Shown piece after piece: positions 26,775 to 39,890 of a DNA stretch of 64,000 bases. This DNA comes from Eledone cirrhosa (lineage: Eukaryota), in assembly GCA_964016885.1 (NCBI GenBank), contig OZ024742.1, positions 222,518,001 to 222,582,000 of the forward strand. Reading direction: 5' to 3'. The notes under the pieces were generated by a model that was not told the DNA's origin, ran no database searches, and was given only the letters and a program-made list of their open reading frames with translations. The first letter of the stretch is position 1, and each line of letters starts with the position of its first letter. A program made the position numbers and the translations under genes.

Positions 26775-27315
26775 TGATATTAATGAAAATTATTGTGTAC
26801 AGTGCTCAGGAGTACTACAACTCATCAAGGTGCATGTATAGTACATAGAATAATGTACAAAAGTCAGGAAAGTGAACAGTGTGTGTGAATCATGATATAC
26901 ACATGCACATGCATGTGTGTGCGTGGAGGGGGAATATCGGGTGTAGAGTTGGAAAATTTTAAGAAGCATGGAAGTTTTGAAGGATGCAGTGTCCCACAAC
27001 TAACAACTGATGCAGGTAGTTTGTTCCACTGCTTCAGCAACTCTGAACGGGAAAAAATGTTTCCGAAAGTCATGGGTGCTGTACTGTTTTCTGATTTTGT
27101 AAGCATGTCCACAGGTATTAGACATATGGAATTCAAAAAGGTGCCCAGGGTTGTTGGAAAGATGGTTAATAATCTTGTGGGTGTCTACCAAGTCAGTTGC
27201 TAGATATCAGAGCTTTAATGTATCCATGCCCAGGGAAGCAAGGCGTTCAGTGTATGGTAGATGCCTGATGGAAGGGTATTTGTTTGGTTGCACGTCTCTG
27301 AACAGTTTCCAGGGG
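26775..27315 (-). mobile_element. CR1-clade LINE 3' fragment
   Basis: Frameshifted GHAYKIRKQ...RKHFFPFRV...WNKLPASVV, the typical CR1/L2-group ORF2 C-terminus; short ATT-type tail. Confidence 0.8.
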
Positions 27316-27505
27316 CTCATACTCTTTCTGTCTAACAAATTCACTCACAAGGTAGTGGTCAACCAAAAGCTATAGTAAAAGACACTTACTCAAGCTACCA
27401 TGAGTTGAATAGAGTTCAGTCATGTGATTGCAAAGCAAACTGCAGCAAAACATTCTTGACAATTACAAAACAGCATTGTGATTGCATCACATTAAAAATT
27501 AGTCT

Positions 27506-27756
27506 TTAACCTTTAGCATTTACATTATTCTAAACCCATGCTAACGTGGAAGATAGACGTTAAACGATGATGACGATGATGATTTTCACATTAAAGGCTT
27601 TATCTCACATAATATCGAATCTATGATATTTTTATGTCATTTATTTTGAGAACAATACATTAACATCAGTATGAGCAGCCGGTTACAGCTAGTTTGAACA
27701 GAAAGAGGTAAGAGAATTCTGGCCAGATATGGCCGGTTTAAATGCTAAAGGGTTAA
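27506..27756 (-). mobile_element. Family P MITE containing a short RTE-tail insertion
   Basis: TTAACCTTTAGCATTT ... AAATGCTAAAGGGTTAA; the insert CCCATGCTAACGTGGAAGATAGACGTTAAACG(ATG)n lies at ~27535-27585. Confidence 0.7.
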
Positions 27757-28529
27757 CTCTAATACTGCAAATAATTTTCACAATGACCTGTCCACTAATA
27801 AAGATACCACAAACATTTGAATTTAAAAAACTTTACTTTAAAATATTTTTATGCTAAATCATTACATGTAAAGAGTTAACACATTTAAAATATTTAAATG
27901 ATATTTAACACTTTCACTATTTTTAGTTTATATGTTTATGTAAGAGATAACTTTATTTTCCTGTTGTTATACATTGCCAAAAAGGTAGTATTGCATCGTT
28001 TTCAGTATAAAATAGTTGCAATAGTTGCACCATATAACCAGCATTGATTTTACTAAGGTTGGCTGTTGATCAACACAGTCTTAAATAACTTGTCTTCACA
28101 TTTAGTTTTCAGTAAAATTTCTCACTGTTTTCTTTTATAACATTTTCATTCTGATTTCATTTATTTTGCCCTTTTTGTATATGTGTGTGACTGGGAGTGT
28201 TTCTGCATTTTATATGCTATGGAATAACAGAGAGAGATGGGAAGGGATTGTAGTAGGAGAGAAGTGGAGATTGCTATGTGTGTGTCATCATCATCATCAT
28301 CATCGTTTAACGTCCATCTCCCACGCTAGCATGGGTTTGGACGGGAATTTTCCCACTTGAGGCAAGATTGGTTGTCTTGCTCGTATAGGACTGTCTGGCG
28401 GGTTTTCTACGGATGGATGCCCTTCCTAACACCAACCACGTTTACAGTGTGGACTGGGAGGTTTTTACCGTGTTACCTACACGGCCACATTTCAGCGTGG
28501 ACTGTGTGTTTTTTTGTCGTGTTTTTTTT

Positions 28530-28572
<43 letters not shown>

Positions 28573-28739
28573 TAATTATTTTACCAAACACCATTAGTTA
28601 TATCTTTTTCACCTACATCTTTCCAGTTCTTATATATGAAAACGAATGTATATATATATATATATGTCTAATGGTAGCTAAGATGCTTCCATAGGCGGTA
28701 TGCCAGTTGAGCACTCTATGCTCCTACGGAGCAGAGTAT

Positions 28740-28972
28740 GATAGAATGGAAAACGAAAAATCAGTGATGCATCAGAACTCAATTTATTGTGTGTTACAAT
28801 TGTTTCCCCGCCGATCAGCTCGAGGTGCTATCTGTGTGTGGATCGACCTGACTCTGGATTCACAAGTTCCTCGGACACGTCTATTGATTTCGGAGCAAGA
28901 GGATATCCGAAACAATTGTAACACACAATAAATTGAGTTCCAATGCATCATTGATTTTTCGTTTTCCATTCA
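28740..28972. repeat. Fold-back element with a hammerhead 3' half
   Basis: ~60-bp arms GAATGGAAAACGAAAAATC...TTACAATTGTTTC and GAAACAATTGTAACAC...GATTTTTCGTTTTCCATTC. Confidence 0.75.
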
Positions 28973-29059
28973 ATATATATATATATATATACACACTTCA
29001 ACAGCATTCTAATAAAAGTGTATATACATTTTTAGGAGACACTATATGTATATATATAT

Positions 29060-29382
29060 ATAGTGAAAGAATGAAGAGTAATATGGTTGGCTGTACAATA
29101 AGGGGCTTTATTTCAAGTACTGACAATTGTTTCATTGATCAGGTGAGTTTAGAGGTCGCTAATCGTGTCACTTGATCTCCAATATATTATTTACCTCTGA
29201 TCAACACATCAGAGCACGTAGATGTGTTGATCAGAGGTAAATAATGTATTGGAGATCAAGTGATGCAACTTCAAGCGATTAGCGACCTCTAAACTCACCT
29301 GATCAATGAAACAATTGTCAGGACTTGAAATAAAGCCCCTTATTGTACAGCCAACCATGTTACCCATCATTCTTTCACTATT
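29060..29382. repeat. ~150-bp-arm fold-back containing a hammerhead (29117-29217, minus strand, A9 mutated)
   Basis: Arms are nearly perfect; minus strand GTGCT-CTGATGT-GTTGATCAG-[insert]-CTGATCAAT-GAAAC-AATT-GTC-AGTAC. Confidence 0.75.
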
Positions 29383-29540
29383 ATTACTCTAAGTATAACC
29401 TGCATAGGAATTACCGCGAACTCGCTGCATAACTATGGAAGCATCTTGTTGAGTCAAACAAAGCCGTACGTTAAAACTATCCACGACACAGAGTACTCAC
29501 AACCTTTAACTGGATTACCCATAACGATAACTTGTTATCC

Positions 29541-29657
<117 letters not shown>

Positions 29658-29800
29658 CTTATTTAGAGAGAGAGAGAGATTAAGAAAAATAAATACACAC
29701 ACACATTTAGAGAGAAAGAGATGTGGGGGAGATTGTAAATGACTTATTAAATGTTATTAGTGCTAATAAAGCAACAGTTTAACACACAGATATCTATATA

Positions 29801-29883
<83 letters not shown>

Positions 29884-30429
29884 ATATACTTGTATTCTAG
29901 AAAGATCTAATCTAACATTAGAGAAAGAGATAACCATTAATAATAAAAAAAACACTTCTCTTTAATGTCTCTCTCCCCCTCCCTCCCCTCTCCCTCTCTC
30001 TCATTAATATCTTCCCACCCCCACCCCCTGTTAGTGTGCTGTTGGTGTTTGCAGTTATTTTTTGCAGTTAATTTTACTTCAACGCAGTCGACCATATAAT
30101 AATCTTTTTATAACAGAATGATATAACACTTCTGCAATGTCTGTGTGTGTATGTGTGTGTGTTTCTGTGTGTATGTGTGTGTGTGTTTCTGTGTGTGGGT
30201 GTGTGTGTGTGTTTGTGTGTGTGCACTGGGTGTGTAATGAGAAAGCAGAGATGAATTGAGAAAAATAAGGTATAAGAGGAATCAGATGTGTGCAATAGAG
30301 GAGATTACACTGGTACAGACATGTAATATATATGAAGTAGACTTCTGCAATGCCTCTGTCTTGTGTGTGAAGACATGTGGCATAATGGTTAGAATGTTAC
30401 ATTGCGTGCCAGATCATGACACTTTATTT

Positions 30430-30640
30430 CATATTGCTGCAGTCTACTGGCAACACTGGCCACCGTCGTGACCTCGGGCATACTTGGAACAAGATCGGAA
30501 CATTGGCGGCCCGTCTGAGGAAGGAGCCTTGCAAGGTGGGGTGGCTGTTGCAGCAGGTGTCGCTGGCCATTGTCTGTGGGAATGCTTTTGAGTTCTTGTC
30601 CATTGGGTGCAGCCCCAATACCGCCACGCCCTAAGCCCAA
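30430..30640 (+). mobile_element. CRE-like non-LTR retrotransposon C-terminal fragment
   Basis: LG..WNKIGTLAARLRKEPCKVGWLLQQVSLAIVCGNA matches the QRxSxAIxRGNA terminal motif. Confidence 0.6.
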
Positions 30641-30786
30641 ATCCCATCACCCTTTTCCCCCTCCCCATTCTTCTGTGACATTATAATAATAATGAAATTA
30701 TTGTGTACAGTGCTCAGGTGCACTTACATTCCATTCTTTCTTCTCAATCCATTTTTTTTCATTTTCTATCAAGTTGTTTTTACTAT

Positions 30787-31130
30787 TCATCATCACCATC
30801 ATCATTTTACGTCCGCTTTTCCCTGCTTGCAAGGGTGGGACGGGAACTGATTCTGGCTTGATTTCTACAGCTGGATGCCCTTCCCAACACCAACCTCATT
30901 TACAGTGAGTGCTGGGTACTTTTTTGCCGTGGCACCTCTACGACCACTTTACAGTGGAATGATAGGGACCCCAGTCCTATCATCTCATTTCTACAGCTGA
31001 GTAAACTGGAGCAATGTGAAATAAAGTGTCTTGCTCAAGGAAACAACACATCACCCGGTCTGAGAATTGAACTCACAACCTTTCGATTGCAAGCCCAATG
31101 CTCTAACCACTAAGCTATGTGCCTCCTATT
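30787..31130 (-). mobile_element. CORE-like tRNA SINE with RTE tail, full length
   Basis: Reverse complement: GGAGGCACATAGCTTAGTGGTTAGAGC head, GAGTTCAATTC B-box, core and tail matching 7870-8125. Confidence 0.85.
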
Positions 31131-31434
31131 ATAAACATCAATAAAGAATTCATTAGTGAAAAAAAAGGAAGAATAAAAATGAGTTGTACCTGAAATTGAA
31201 AGGGTCAGTTTTATTACACATTGTAGAACATCTAGAAAGGTTCATGTCATAAAACATCTATATCAATTTACGTCATAAGTTATCTGGTATAGTTCTATAC
31301 CATTGTATGGTTCTAGGTCATAAAGTATTTGGTATGGTTCTATATCATGGTATGTGGTTCTACATCATAAGTTATCTGGTATAGTTCTGTGTCATGAAGT
31401 ATTTAACATTCCAAATGAAATGAAAAATGAAATA

Positions 31435-31930
31435 GACAGCTCCCACCTAAATAGGTTTAGCTGGTTTCCTATGAGGTTGCATTTCAAGGGAGCTTTCTCA
31501 GGTGTTCTAATAATAGGGACCACAGTCCTATCATGTTGTTAGAGCTGACTCCCACTTATATAGCTTTAGCTGGCCTCCTATGAGGTATCTCATAGGAGGT
31601 TTCTTGGGTGTTTCAGTGATAGAGGCCCTCAGTCCTGCCATGAAAAGCAATGTGAAATGAAGTGTCTTGCTCATGAACTCAACACACTACCCTGTTCAGA
31701 AATCAAACCTACAACTTTGTAATCATGAGTTCAACACCCCGAACCACGAAGCCATGCGCTTTCATGTGCTTCCATATGAACTTACACAATAACTACTTCC
31801 CTTGTAAATATATTAGATTAATAACATGAAATGAAGTGTCTTGCTCATTATTCACTGCCTTATTCAGGAATCAAACCCACAATCTCATGGTTGTGAGTCC
31901 TACACCCTAACCACTAGGCCACACACCTTC
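31435..31930 (-). mobile_element. SINE copies whose distal part is homologous to the 84-bp satellite unit
   Basis: ATAGGGACCACAGTCCTATCATGTTGTTA and TCATAGGAGGTTTC abut GCAATGTGAAATGAAGTGTCTTGCTC (SINE core). Confidence 0.7.
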
Positions 31931-32895
31931 CAATGGTTCCATATGGAGCACTTCCCTTACAATTCACCACTTCCCTTGCAAATGTTTAATTACATTAATA
32001 ACAGGAACTTAATTTAATTGATTCTCTGCCTCATTAATTTCATTTACATCGTCATCAAAAGATAAGTTGAAGTGGAAGAGAAATAAATTCTGCTTCAGAT
32101 TTGCAATGGAGGGGGGGGGGGGGGGGCTGCGTGGGAGGGGAAAGAACTCAACCAAAATACAAAAAAAATGCTTTACAATGTAATATTTACAGTGGCTGTT
32201 ATACTAACGGTAATGATTATCACTATAAATGGTTTTCCATAATTGTTCTGTCGAAGGACATCAGTACTACTAATAAATGCATGAATTTATCATCATGGGA
32301 ACAGCTGAAAATAAAGAAAATGTATTATATAAACATCTGCTTTGAAAAATCTCTGATGTGAATCCACAATTTCATAATAAATTTCCTATCATTTTCTTGT
32401 CCTTCATTTAATCCTTTTTAATACCAAATCCCCTGAAACTGCTCCTAGCTTTGTGATACAAAACTGTTTGATTTTAAATGTTCATCATCATCATCACCAC
32501 CTCTGCTTAATGCCTATTTTCCACGCTTGCATGATTAGATGGATAGTCACATTGGGGCCAGAGAGGTCAGGTGACTACAATTTAATCATACATTCCACTT
32601 TCGACTCGGTATCTATGGCTGGAAGCCCTTCACTTTATAGCTGCTACTGAAAGCATTTTATCATGACTCTGGCACGACCACCTTACATGGTGAACTGAGA
32701 GCTTTTTGTTGTGGCACCAGCACAACCACCTTACACTGGACAGATCATCATCATCGTTTAATGTCTATCTTCCATGCTAACATGGGTTAGACGGGTTTGT
32801 CCCATTTAGAGGCAAGTTGGGTCAGGTGCCTGTGTCTCATTCATATAGGACTGTTTCTGGCTGGTTGTCTACGGTTGGATGCCCTTCCTAATGCC

Positions 32896-33545
32896 AACCA
32901 CATTTACAGTGTGTGCTGGGTGCTTTTGTTATGACACCTACACAACCACATTTACAGTGTGTGCTGGGTGCTTTTGTTATGACACCTACACAACCACATT
33001 TACAGTGTGTGCTGGGTGCTTTTGTTATGACACCTACACAACCACATTTACAATGTGCGCTGGGTGCTTTTGTTATGACACCTACACAACCACATTTACA
33101 GTGTGTACTGGGTGCTTTTGTTATGACACCTACACAACCACATTTACAGTGTGTACTGGGTGCTTTTCGCTGTTTCTTTTATATGACCACTTTACAGTAT
33201 GGGGGGCTGAGTGCTTTTTGGTGTGTCTTTTACATGACCACTTTACAGTGTGGGCTGGGTGCTTTTTGCTGTGTCTTTTACACGACCACTTTACAGTGTG
33301 GGCTGGGTGCTTTTTGCTGTGTCTTTTACACGACCACTTTACAGTGTGGGCTGGGTGCTTTTTGCTGTGTCTTTTACACGACCACTTTACAGTGTGGGCT
33401 GGGTGCTTTTTGCTGTGTCTTTTACACGACCACTTTACAGTGTGGGCTGGGTGCTTTTTGCTGTGTCTTTTACACGACCACTTTACAGTGTGGGCTGGGT
33501 GCTTTTTGCTGTGTCTTTTACACGACCACTTTACAGTGTGGGCTG
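32896..33545 (-). repeat. Two-phase 48-bp minisatellite within an RTE/SINE tail
   Basis: Unit A ACCACATTTACAGTGTGTGCTGGGTGCTTTTGTTATGACACCTACACA (~5-6 copies), then unit B CGACCACTTTACAGTGTGGGCTGGGTGCTTTTTGCTGTGTCTTTTACA (~7-8 copies). Confidence 0.9.
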
Positions 33546-34966
33546 GATGTTTTGTGGTACCAACATAATCTATATGTATATATATATAATAAAATAACAA
33601 GAGGCTGGACTGGTGTTATTTTATAATAATTAACTCCATACTCGCACCACCAACAACACAAACGATAACGGGTGAGTTGCATTACGTCGAGTGCTCTCTC
33701 TAATATTAGATCAAGGTTGACCATACGGAATGACCAGTTCTATCCAGTGGTGAACCAACAAACCTAAATGAATATATATATACATTTATCATGATAATGA
33801 TATACATATACATAATTGTGTGTTGTTTTCTTCTTTTCAAGAATGTCTTGATAATGTAATTTTATGTGGTACAAGACATATGGAGTTAAAACAAACAGCT
33901 TTGTATGGTAGGACCAGGGGCTGTTTTGAATCAAAATGGTTAATCAGCCCTTGAAAGATGAAAGACTAAGCTACCCCCCCCCCCCCCCCCCAATCGAGGT
34001 TTCAGCTGAGAATATAAAGAGACGTAAGTATATTAGTTTGGCACCACACTCTACTATTTCTGTAATTCCTAACTTACATTTGGTGGGTGGGTGAGAGGGT
34101 ATTTGGTAGATAAATGAGTTCTTAAAATAAATATGTGGAGTACTGTCTAATTATATGGCTTGCATGAGTTAACACGAAACTGTGCTATGTATGTATGTGT
34201 AAGTATTGTGTATGTGTTCATGTGTATCGTGGAGTGTGTATGTGGTGTGTGTGTATGCATGCATATGTGTTTATGTGGTATGTGTGTGTATGTGCTGGGT
34301 ATATATATATTATATGCATGTATATATGTTGTGTTTATGTGTATGTGCATATTTGTTCATGTGTGTGCTGTGTTGCTATGTATGTGGTACATGTGTATGT
34401 GATGAGTGGGTGTATCCACACATGTATATATGTACATATGTATGTGTGTTGACATATTTATATATATGTGTGTATTGGTGTGTGTGTGTTTATATATATG
34501 TGTAGTGGTTTGTTTGTGTGTATATGTTTATATGTGTGTGTGTGTGTATGTTTCTAACCAACAATTCAGTGTTGTATAGTAAACATAACAGAAAATGTGA
34601 CCTCAATATGCAACTTCACCTTGATGTGTGTGCATGCATGTGTATATATATATATATATATATGTGAATGTTTGTGTGTGTGTGCGTGTGTATATACAGG
34701 TTGTCCTAAAAAATACCTGTACAGGTAATATTTATTAGAATGCTGTTCAAGTGTGTATACATTGGGGGGGGGCACCCTGTATGTATGTGTGCATATATAT
34801 GTGTGTCTGTATAAATAGGGAGACACAAAGGAGGTTTTGTTTACAAACAGCTAGCGTATTTGAAAATTAGGTAGTCACGTGTGCTTACGCTGTATTTGAC
34901 TAAATAGAATTAGTCTGTTAGTTGGGATTTCAAAAAAACTATCGGAATGAAAAAAATGATGAGTAT

Positions 34967-35037
34967 CGACGTACATGGGACACAAACCCATATCTTTGGT
35001 TTGCCGGACCAATGTGTTACCATTACATCAACACGCC
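34967..35037 (-). pseudogene. tRNA-like cloverleaf (GGC anticodon), probably a repeat-borne pseudo-tRNA
   Basis: Minus strand: acceptor GGCGTGT/GTACGTC, anticodon arm TTGGT-CCGGCAA-ACCAA, T arm ATGGG-TTTGTGT-CCCAT; U33 and TTC are absent. Confidence 0.55.
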
Positions 35038-35081
35038 ACCCATGCTTCCTTCGATTCAATTAGAAGTTATATAACCAAAGC

Positions 35082-35125
<44 letters not shown>

Positions 35126-36129
35126 GGAGACACAAAGCAGGGTTTGTTTACAAACGTCTAGCGAATTTGAAAATTGGGTAGTAACATGTGCTTACACCGT
35201 ATTTGACTAAATAGAATTAGTCTGTTAAGGGGGGGGGGGGTAGAACCAAAATATTGAGTAGAGAGAGAAAGAAGAATTATAATGTTGTATATAACAATGT
35301 TTTCTCCTGTTAAAAAACATTTAAAAGGAAAGAAGCCAATCATCAGATTGAACCAAAGAAACTGTTTATTTTAGTCTTTCTATCTGTTGCAATTCTTGGT
35401 TTTATATATGGTTGGCATTGGGAAAGGCATCAAACTGTAGAAACCAAACCAAAAATAGAGTGTACAAGCAGTTTGCAATGTCCTGAACGTAACAAACCGT
35501 GTAACACATAAAAGCATGGAAAATAGACTTTTGAAAATATGTTTCCATTGGCCTTTCCATTGCTAATACTCTCTGCAAGTTACGAATTGTCATCATCAGC
35601 TAATGTATCTTGTTTAGAATAGGTACCCCATACATCTGTGTGCCATAGAAGGCAACTAAAATGGTTTTGCTCCAGGTAGCGCATACAGCTTGATGTTTAC
35701 ATCCGTTTTTCTATGCTTACATGGATGGGATGAGATCCTTTTCTGGCAAGTGTTTCTATTACCAAATGTTCTTTTTGATACCAACTCATACCTTAATCTA
35801 AATATAGTAAAAACCATTTGCGTTTTGTCAAACTACTTTGCTGCATGACATATTGTTTATGATGGACATAAACAATTGTTACCACCTGTTTTATAAGCAG
35901 TATTATTGTGATATTTGCAGCAACTGACACACACAACCGCTCACACGTATTTATATTGAGTTTCCATCTACCAAATTTAGTCACGAGGCATTGGTGGGCT
36001 TGGGGCTATAGTAAAAACCACATGCCCACGCAGAAGAATAGAACCCAGGACCACATGGTTGTAAAGCAAACTCGTTAACCACAATATATAAAATAATTAT
36101 TGATATAAAATTGCCTATTCAGTTGTATA

Positions 36130-36219
36130 TACAGGGTGGCCCAAAAAAATGTATACATGTGTACAGGCAATATTTATTAGAATGCTGAAGTGTGTATACA
36201 TTTTTTGGCACACCCTGTA
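36130..36219. mobile_element. ~90-bp Tc1/mariner-type mini-MITE
   Basis: TA-CAGGGTGGCCCAAAAAAATGTATACA ... TGTATACATTTTTTGGCACACCCTG-TA; relatives at 34695-34780 and 60041-60220. Confidence 0.7.
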
Positions 36220-36722
36220 TTTACAAAGTTGAAGAAAAGGGGGAGGCAAACTGTACATCCTTTGCAGAATACTATCTCGGCTGTACCCCACTGACAAGAG
36301 GGTGAAAGGATTGCTGCAGTTCAGTTTATATAATATCAGACTTGCCGTCCTCTTAAAACCCAAATGGGGGGAGTACCATGAAAAAAGTGCCCCAAAACGG
36401 AGAGAAATGAGGCAAAATAGGGAGATTTTACATATACCCATTTTCACAAGAGAAGACATCTCTCACCAACCGCAAAGTGGGTGGGAGATCTCCCCATAGG
36501 ATAGAGAGAGTTGACAGGTCTGTAATATATCACTATAACTATAACATATTTTTGTCACTTCTTTTCACAACCAAACAGATCATCCTCTGGAGATTTATAT
36601 GTTCTAAAGAAAACTTTTCACTACCAACTTGAATATTATATAATCGTTATATAATTGTTTCTACTTTTGGCACAAAGCCAGCAAATACTCAGTGTATTAC
36701 TGGTACTTTATTTTATCGACCC

Positions 36723-37255
36723 CTGGTGGTGATGTTATTGTTTCTAGTGCTGTTAGTGCTGATGTTATTGTTGTTAGTGTTGTTGATGGTGATATTATTG
36801 ATGCTGTTGTTGTCGTTGCTAATGTTGTTGTTGGTGGTGTTGTTGTTATTGTTGCTAATATTGTTGGTGGTGATGTTATTGTTGTTAATACTGTTGTTGC
36901 CGTTGTTGGTGATGATGTTATTGTTGCTAATGTTGTTGGTGGCGGTGATCTTATTGTTGTTATTGTTGCTAATGATCTCGTTGTTGTTGGAGGTGGTGGT
37001 GGTGGTGCTGTTATTGTTGCTAATGCTGTTGTTGTTGGTGGTGATGATGTTATTGTTGCTAATGTTGTTGGTGGCGGTGATCTTATTGTTGTTATTGTTG
37101 CTAATGATGTCGTTGTTGTTGGAGGTGGTGGTGGTGGTGCTGTTATTGTTGCTAATGCTGTTGTTGTTGGTGGTGATGATGTTCTTGTTGTCTCTGTTGT
37201 CATTATTGTTGTTGGTGGTGATGTCACTGTTATCATTGTTGTTGTTATTGACATT
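36723..37255. repeat. (GTT/GGT/GAT)-rich triplet low-complexity tract with a ~120-bp internal duplication
   Basis: Direct reading; flanked by oppositely oriented family A SINE fragments (36654-36722 minus, 37258-37395 plus). Confidence 0.85.
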
Positions 37256-37781
37256 ATGATGGCCCTTTACAGTCTGAGTTCAAATCCCGCCGAGGTTAAC
37301 TTTACCTTTCATACTGATGGAGTCGATAAAATAAAGCACCAGTAATGTACTGGGGTAATTGCTGGCCTTGTGCAAAAAAAGTAAAAACAATTATTGACAT
37401 TATCGTTGTTGTCATTATTGTCATCTTTATTGCTGTTGTTGTTGCACTCATATCGATGTTGCTATAGTTGCATTTCTGTTTCTGTTGTTGTCACGTTGAT
37501 GTTGTTGTCATCTTCATTGTTGTTGTTGTAACCACATAGTTGTTGTATCTATAGCTAATCAATATCCGCCTCAGTGTTACCATGTTTCAATATATTTGAT
37601 TTATTTCTCAAATCTGTTCATCTTTCTCGAAATACATCACTGAAATTTAATAAGTTTTCAATCAGTTCCTTCGTTTGTTTTTCTCTTCACAATCTATATT
37701 ATAATTCTGCTTGTTCTAATAATTAATGGAAACATTTCATAACTGTCCACATGTTAATTAGTTCATAATTTCTGTTACTAA

Positions 37782-37864
<83 letters not shown>

Positions 37865-37975
37865 CTTCTTCTTCTTCTTCTTCTTCTTCTTCTTCTTCTT
37901 CTTCTCATTAAAGCTATATCCCCCTCCCTACATTTTCTTTTACTCTCTTTCTACTCATCCTCTCTCCATCTTCAC

Positions 37976-38029
<54 letters not shown>

Positions 38030-38558
38030 CACAAAACAGACGGTTTGTACATCCTGTATTTATTGTACATCCTGTATTTATTGCATACTCTTGTTATACG
38101 TATTTCAAAGACGTCAAAGTGATTGCATAATAAAATGTTGACCTGTTCTCATCAGACAGGTGTAAAGTTGTAATGTTTTTGTTTTTGCTGTGTTACTATA
38201 GTTAGAAACGTAGTGGTAATAGTCCACTACATTAGGCATATGGTGTACTTGAATGTGTGTGTGTGTGTGTGTGTGTGTACGCACGCGTTTATTTCATATG
38301 GAAATGACTTCTATATGACTAGAACTACTTTATTCATTTGAAATCGTCAGGATTTTCCTGGTGATTTCAACTTGTAAACATAGAATAAGTGATACGCAGA
38401 GGAAAATATGGGCGGCGTCGATTGGGGGTCGATGACCGGAGTGTTTTACACTTGTTGCCAATTTTGTGATATTATCTGAGACGCACACGGCTCCCCTCCT
38501 CTTCTTTTGGAAGATACATGCATACATTACATACACGCTCGCATGCACACACATAGAT

Positions 38559-38602
<44 letters not shown>

Positions 38603-39810
38603 CTACATACATACATACATACATACATACCTACATACATACATACATACATACATACATACATACATACATACATACATACATACATACATACATACAT
38701 ACATACATACATGCATCACTACCAGCACCATTGCAACCCTCTCTCATTCATTCACATTTCTACCAGCTTCCCACCCGCTATCTTTACCAACACCCCTTCA
38801 TTCGTCACTACTGATACCTCAACCATAATCATCACCACCAGCTTCCTTCCACCATCACCATCAGCTTCATTCCACTATCACAGCAGATAAACACCCTGAG
38901 TTAACTCCCATAACAAACTGTCTGTCATCCACGTGTTATTGTTGTTAGTTGTTGGTGAGACAGGGAGGAATTATTACGCCATAGCTATGACGAGAATGTT
39001 TCCCTGTTCAGCACTACCTTACTTAATAACAAGCATCTTCCTCTACCACCTTTAATTCTAAATAAAATAGTTCTGTTTCGATGATGAAGCAGTGTTATTT
39101 ACTTTAATATATCCACGGTAAGTAGTACAATATCACAAAATTCTCGTTTCATAGCTCATTGATGAGTAAATCTTTACCTGTATGTATGTATATGTATACA
39201 GGAGTGTGTGCCGGTATGTGTAGCAGTGATCTTGTATGAGTCGTGTTTATATCTATGTGTGTGTATATATATATATACACATACACAGACACACATATAT
39301 AGTATAAGTAAAGTTTCATACACTTAACATGTATGTGCTACCAATGGTTTCGGTGGTCCAGTCAGGGTCACCACTGTATAATGGAGGACGAACTTTCAAA
39401 CCGGCCCTTTGTTCAGACACGTGTATAAAAATATGAAGAAACAAAATTGTATATATATATATATATACAAACACACATGACGTATTATTATGGTTGATCT
39501 ATGTTATGGTATGGTCCCGTAACTCATGATGGAATCGTAGGGGCACCGTGGTGACATACAGTCTCTTTGCATATAAATATATATATAGAGAGAGGAGGGG
39601 GGTATAAACCCGACCGCGACTCAAAGCGGTTTCAGCTTTTGTGTAGCATGTTTTTCAAAGGTGGACGCCGATGAACAGGGTTGCTGAATACAAGCCTAAA
39701 CCGCTTGGTGTCGCGGTCGGGCTTATACCTTCCTCTATACCCGCTCTGCTTCTTTCCATGCATTAAGTACACCCATGATTTCTGGTTTCCCTCGGTCGCT
39801 GCACCACAAA

Positions 39811-39890
<80 letters not shown>

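Noticed and set aside
32879-33626. Cys/His-rich repeat ORFs in several frames
   Set aside because: Translation of a 48-bp minisatellite from a retroposon tail; open in multiple frames, no splice context
36692-37345. Val-, Leu- and Thr/Pro-rich (mucin-like) ORFs
   Set aside because: Triplet low-complexity tract open in several frames and bounded by SINE fragments
38466-38890. HTYI-type repeat ORFs; also many YI/CV/SL ORFs across the track
   Set aside because: Translations of (CATA)n, (TA)n, (CA)n and (CT)n microsatellites
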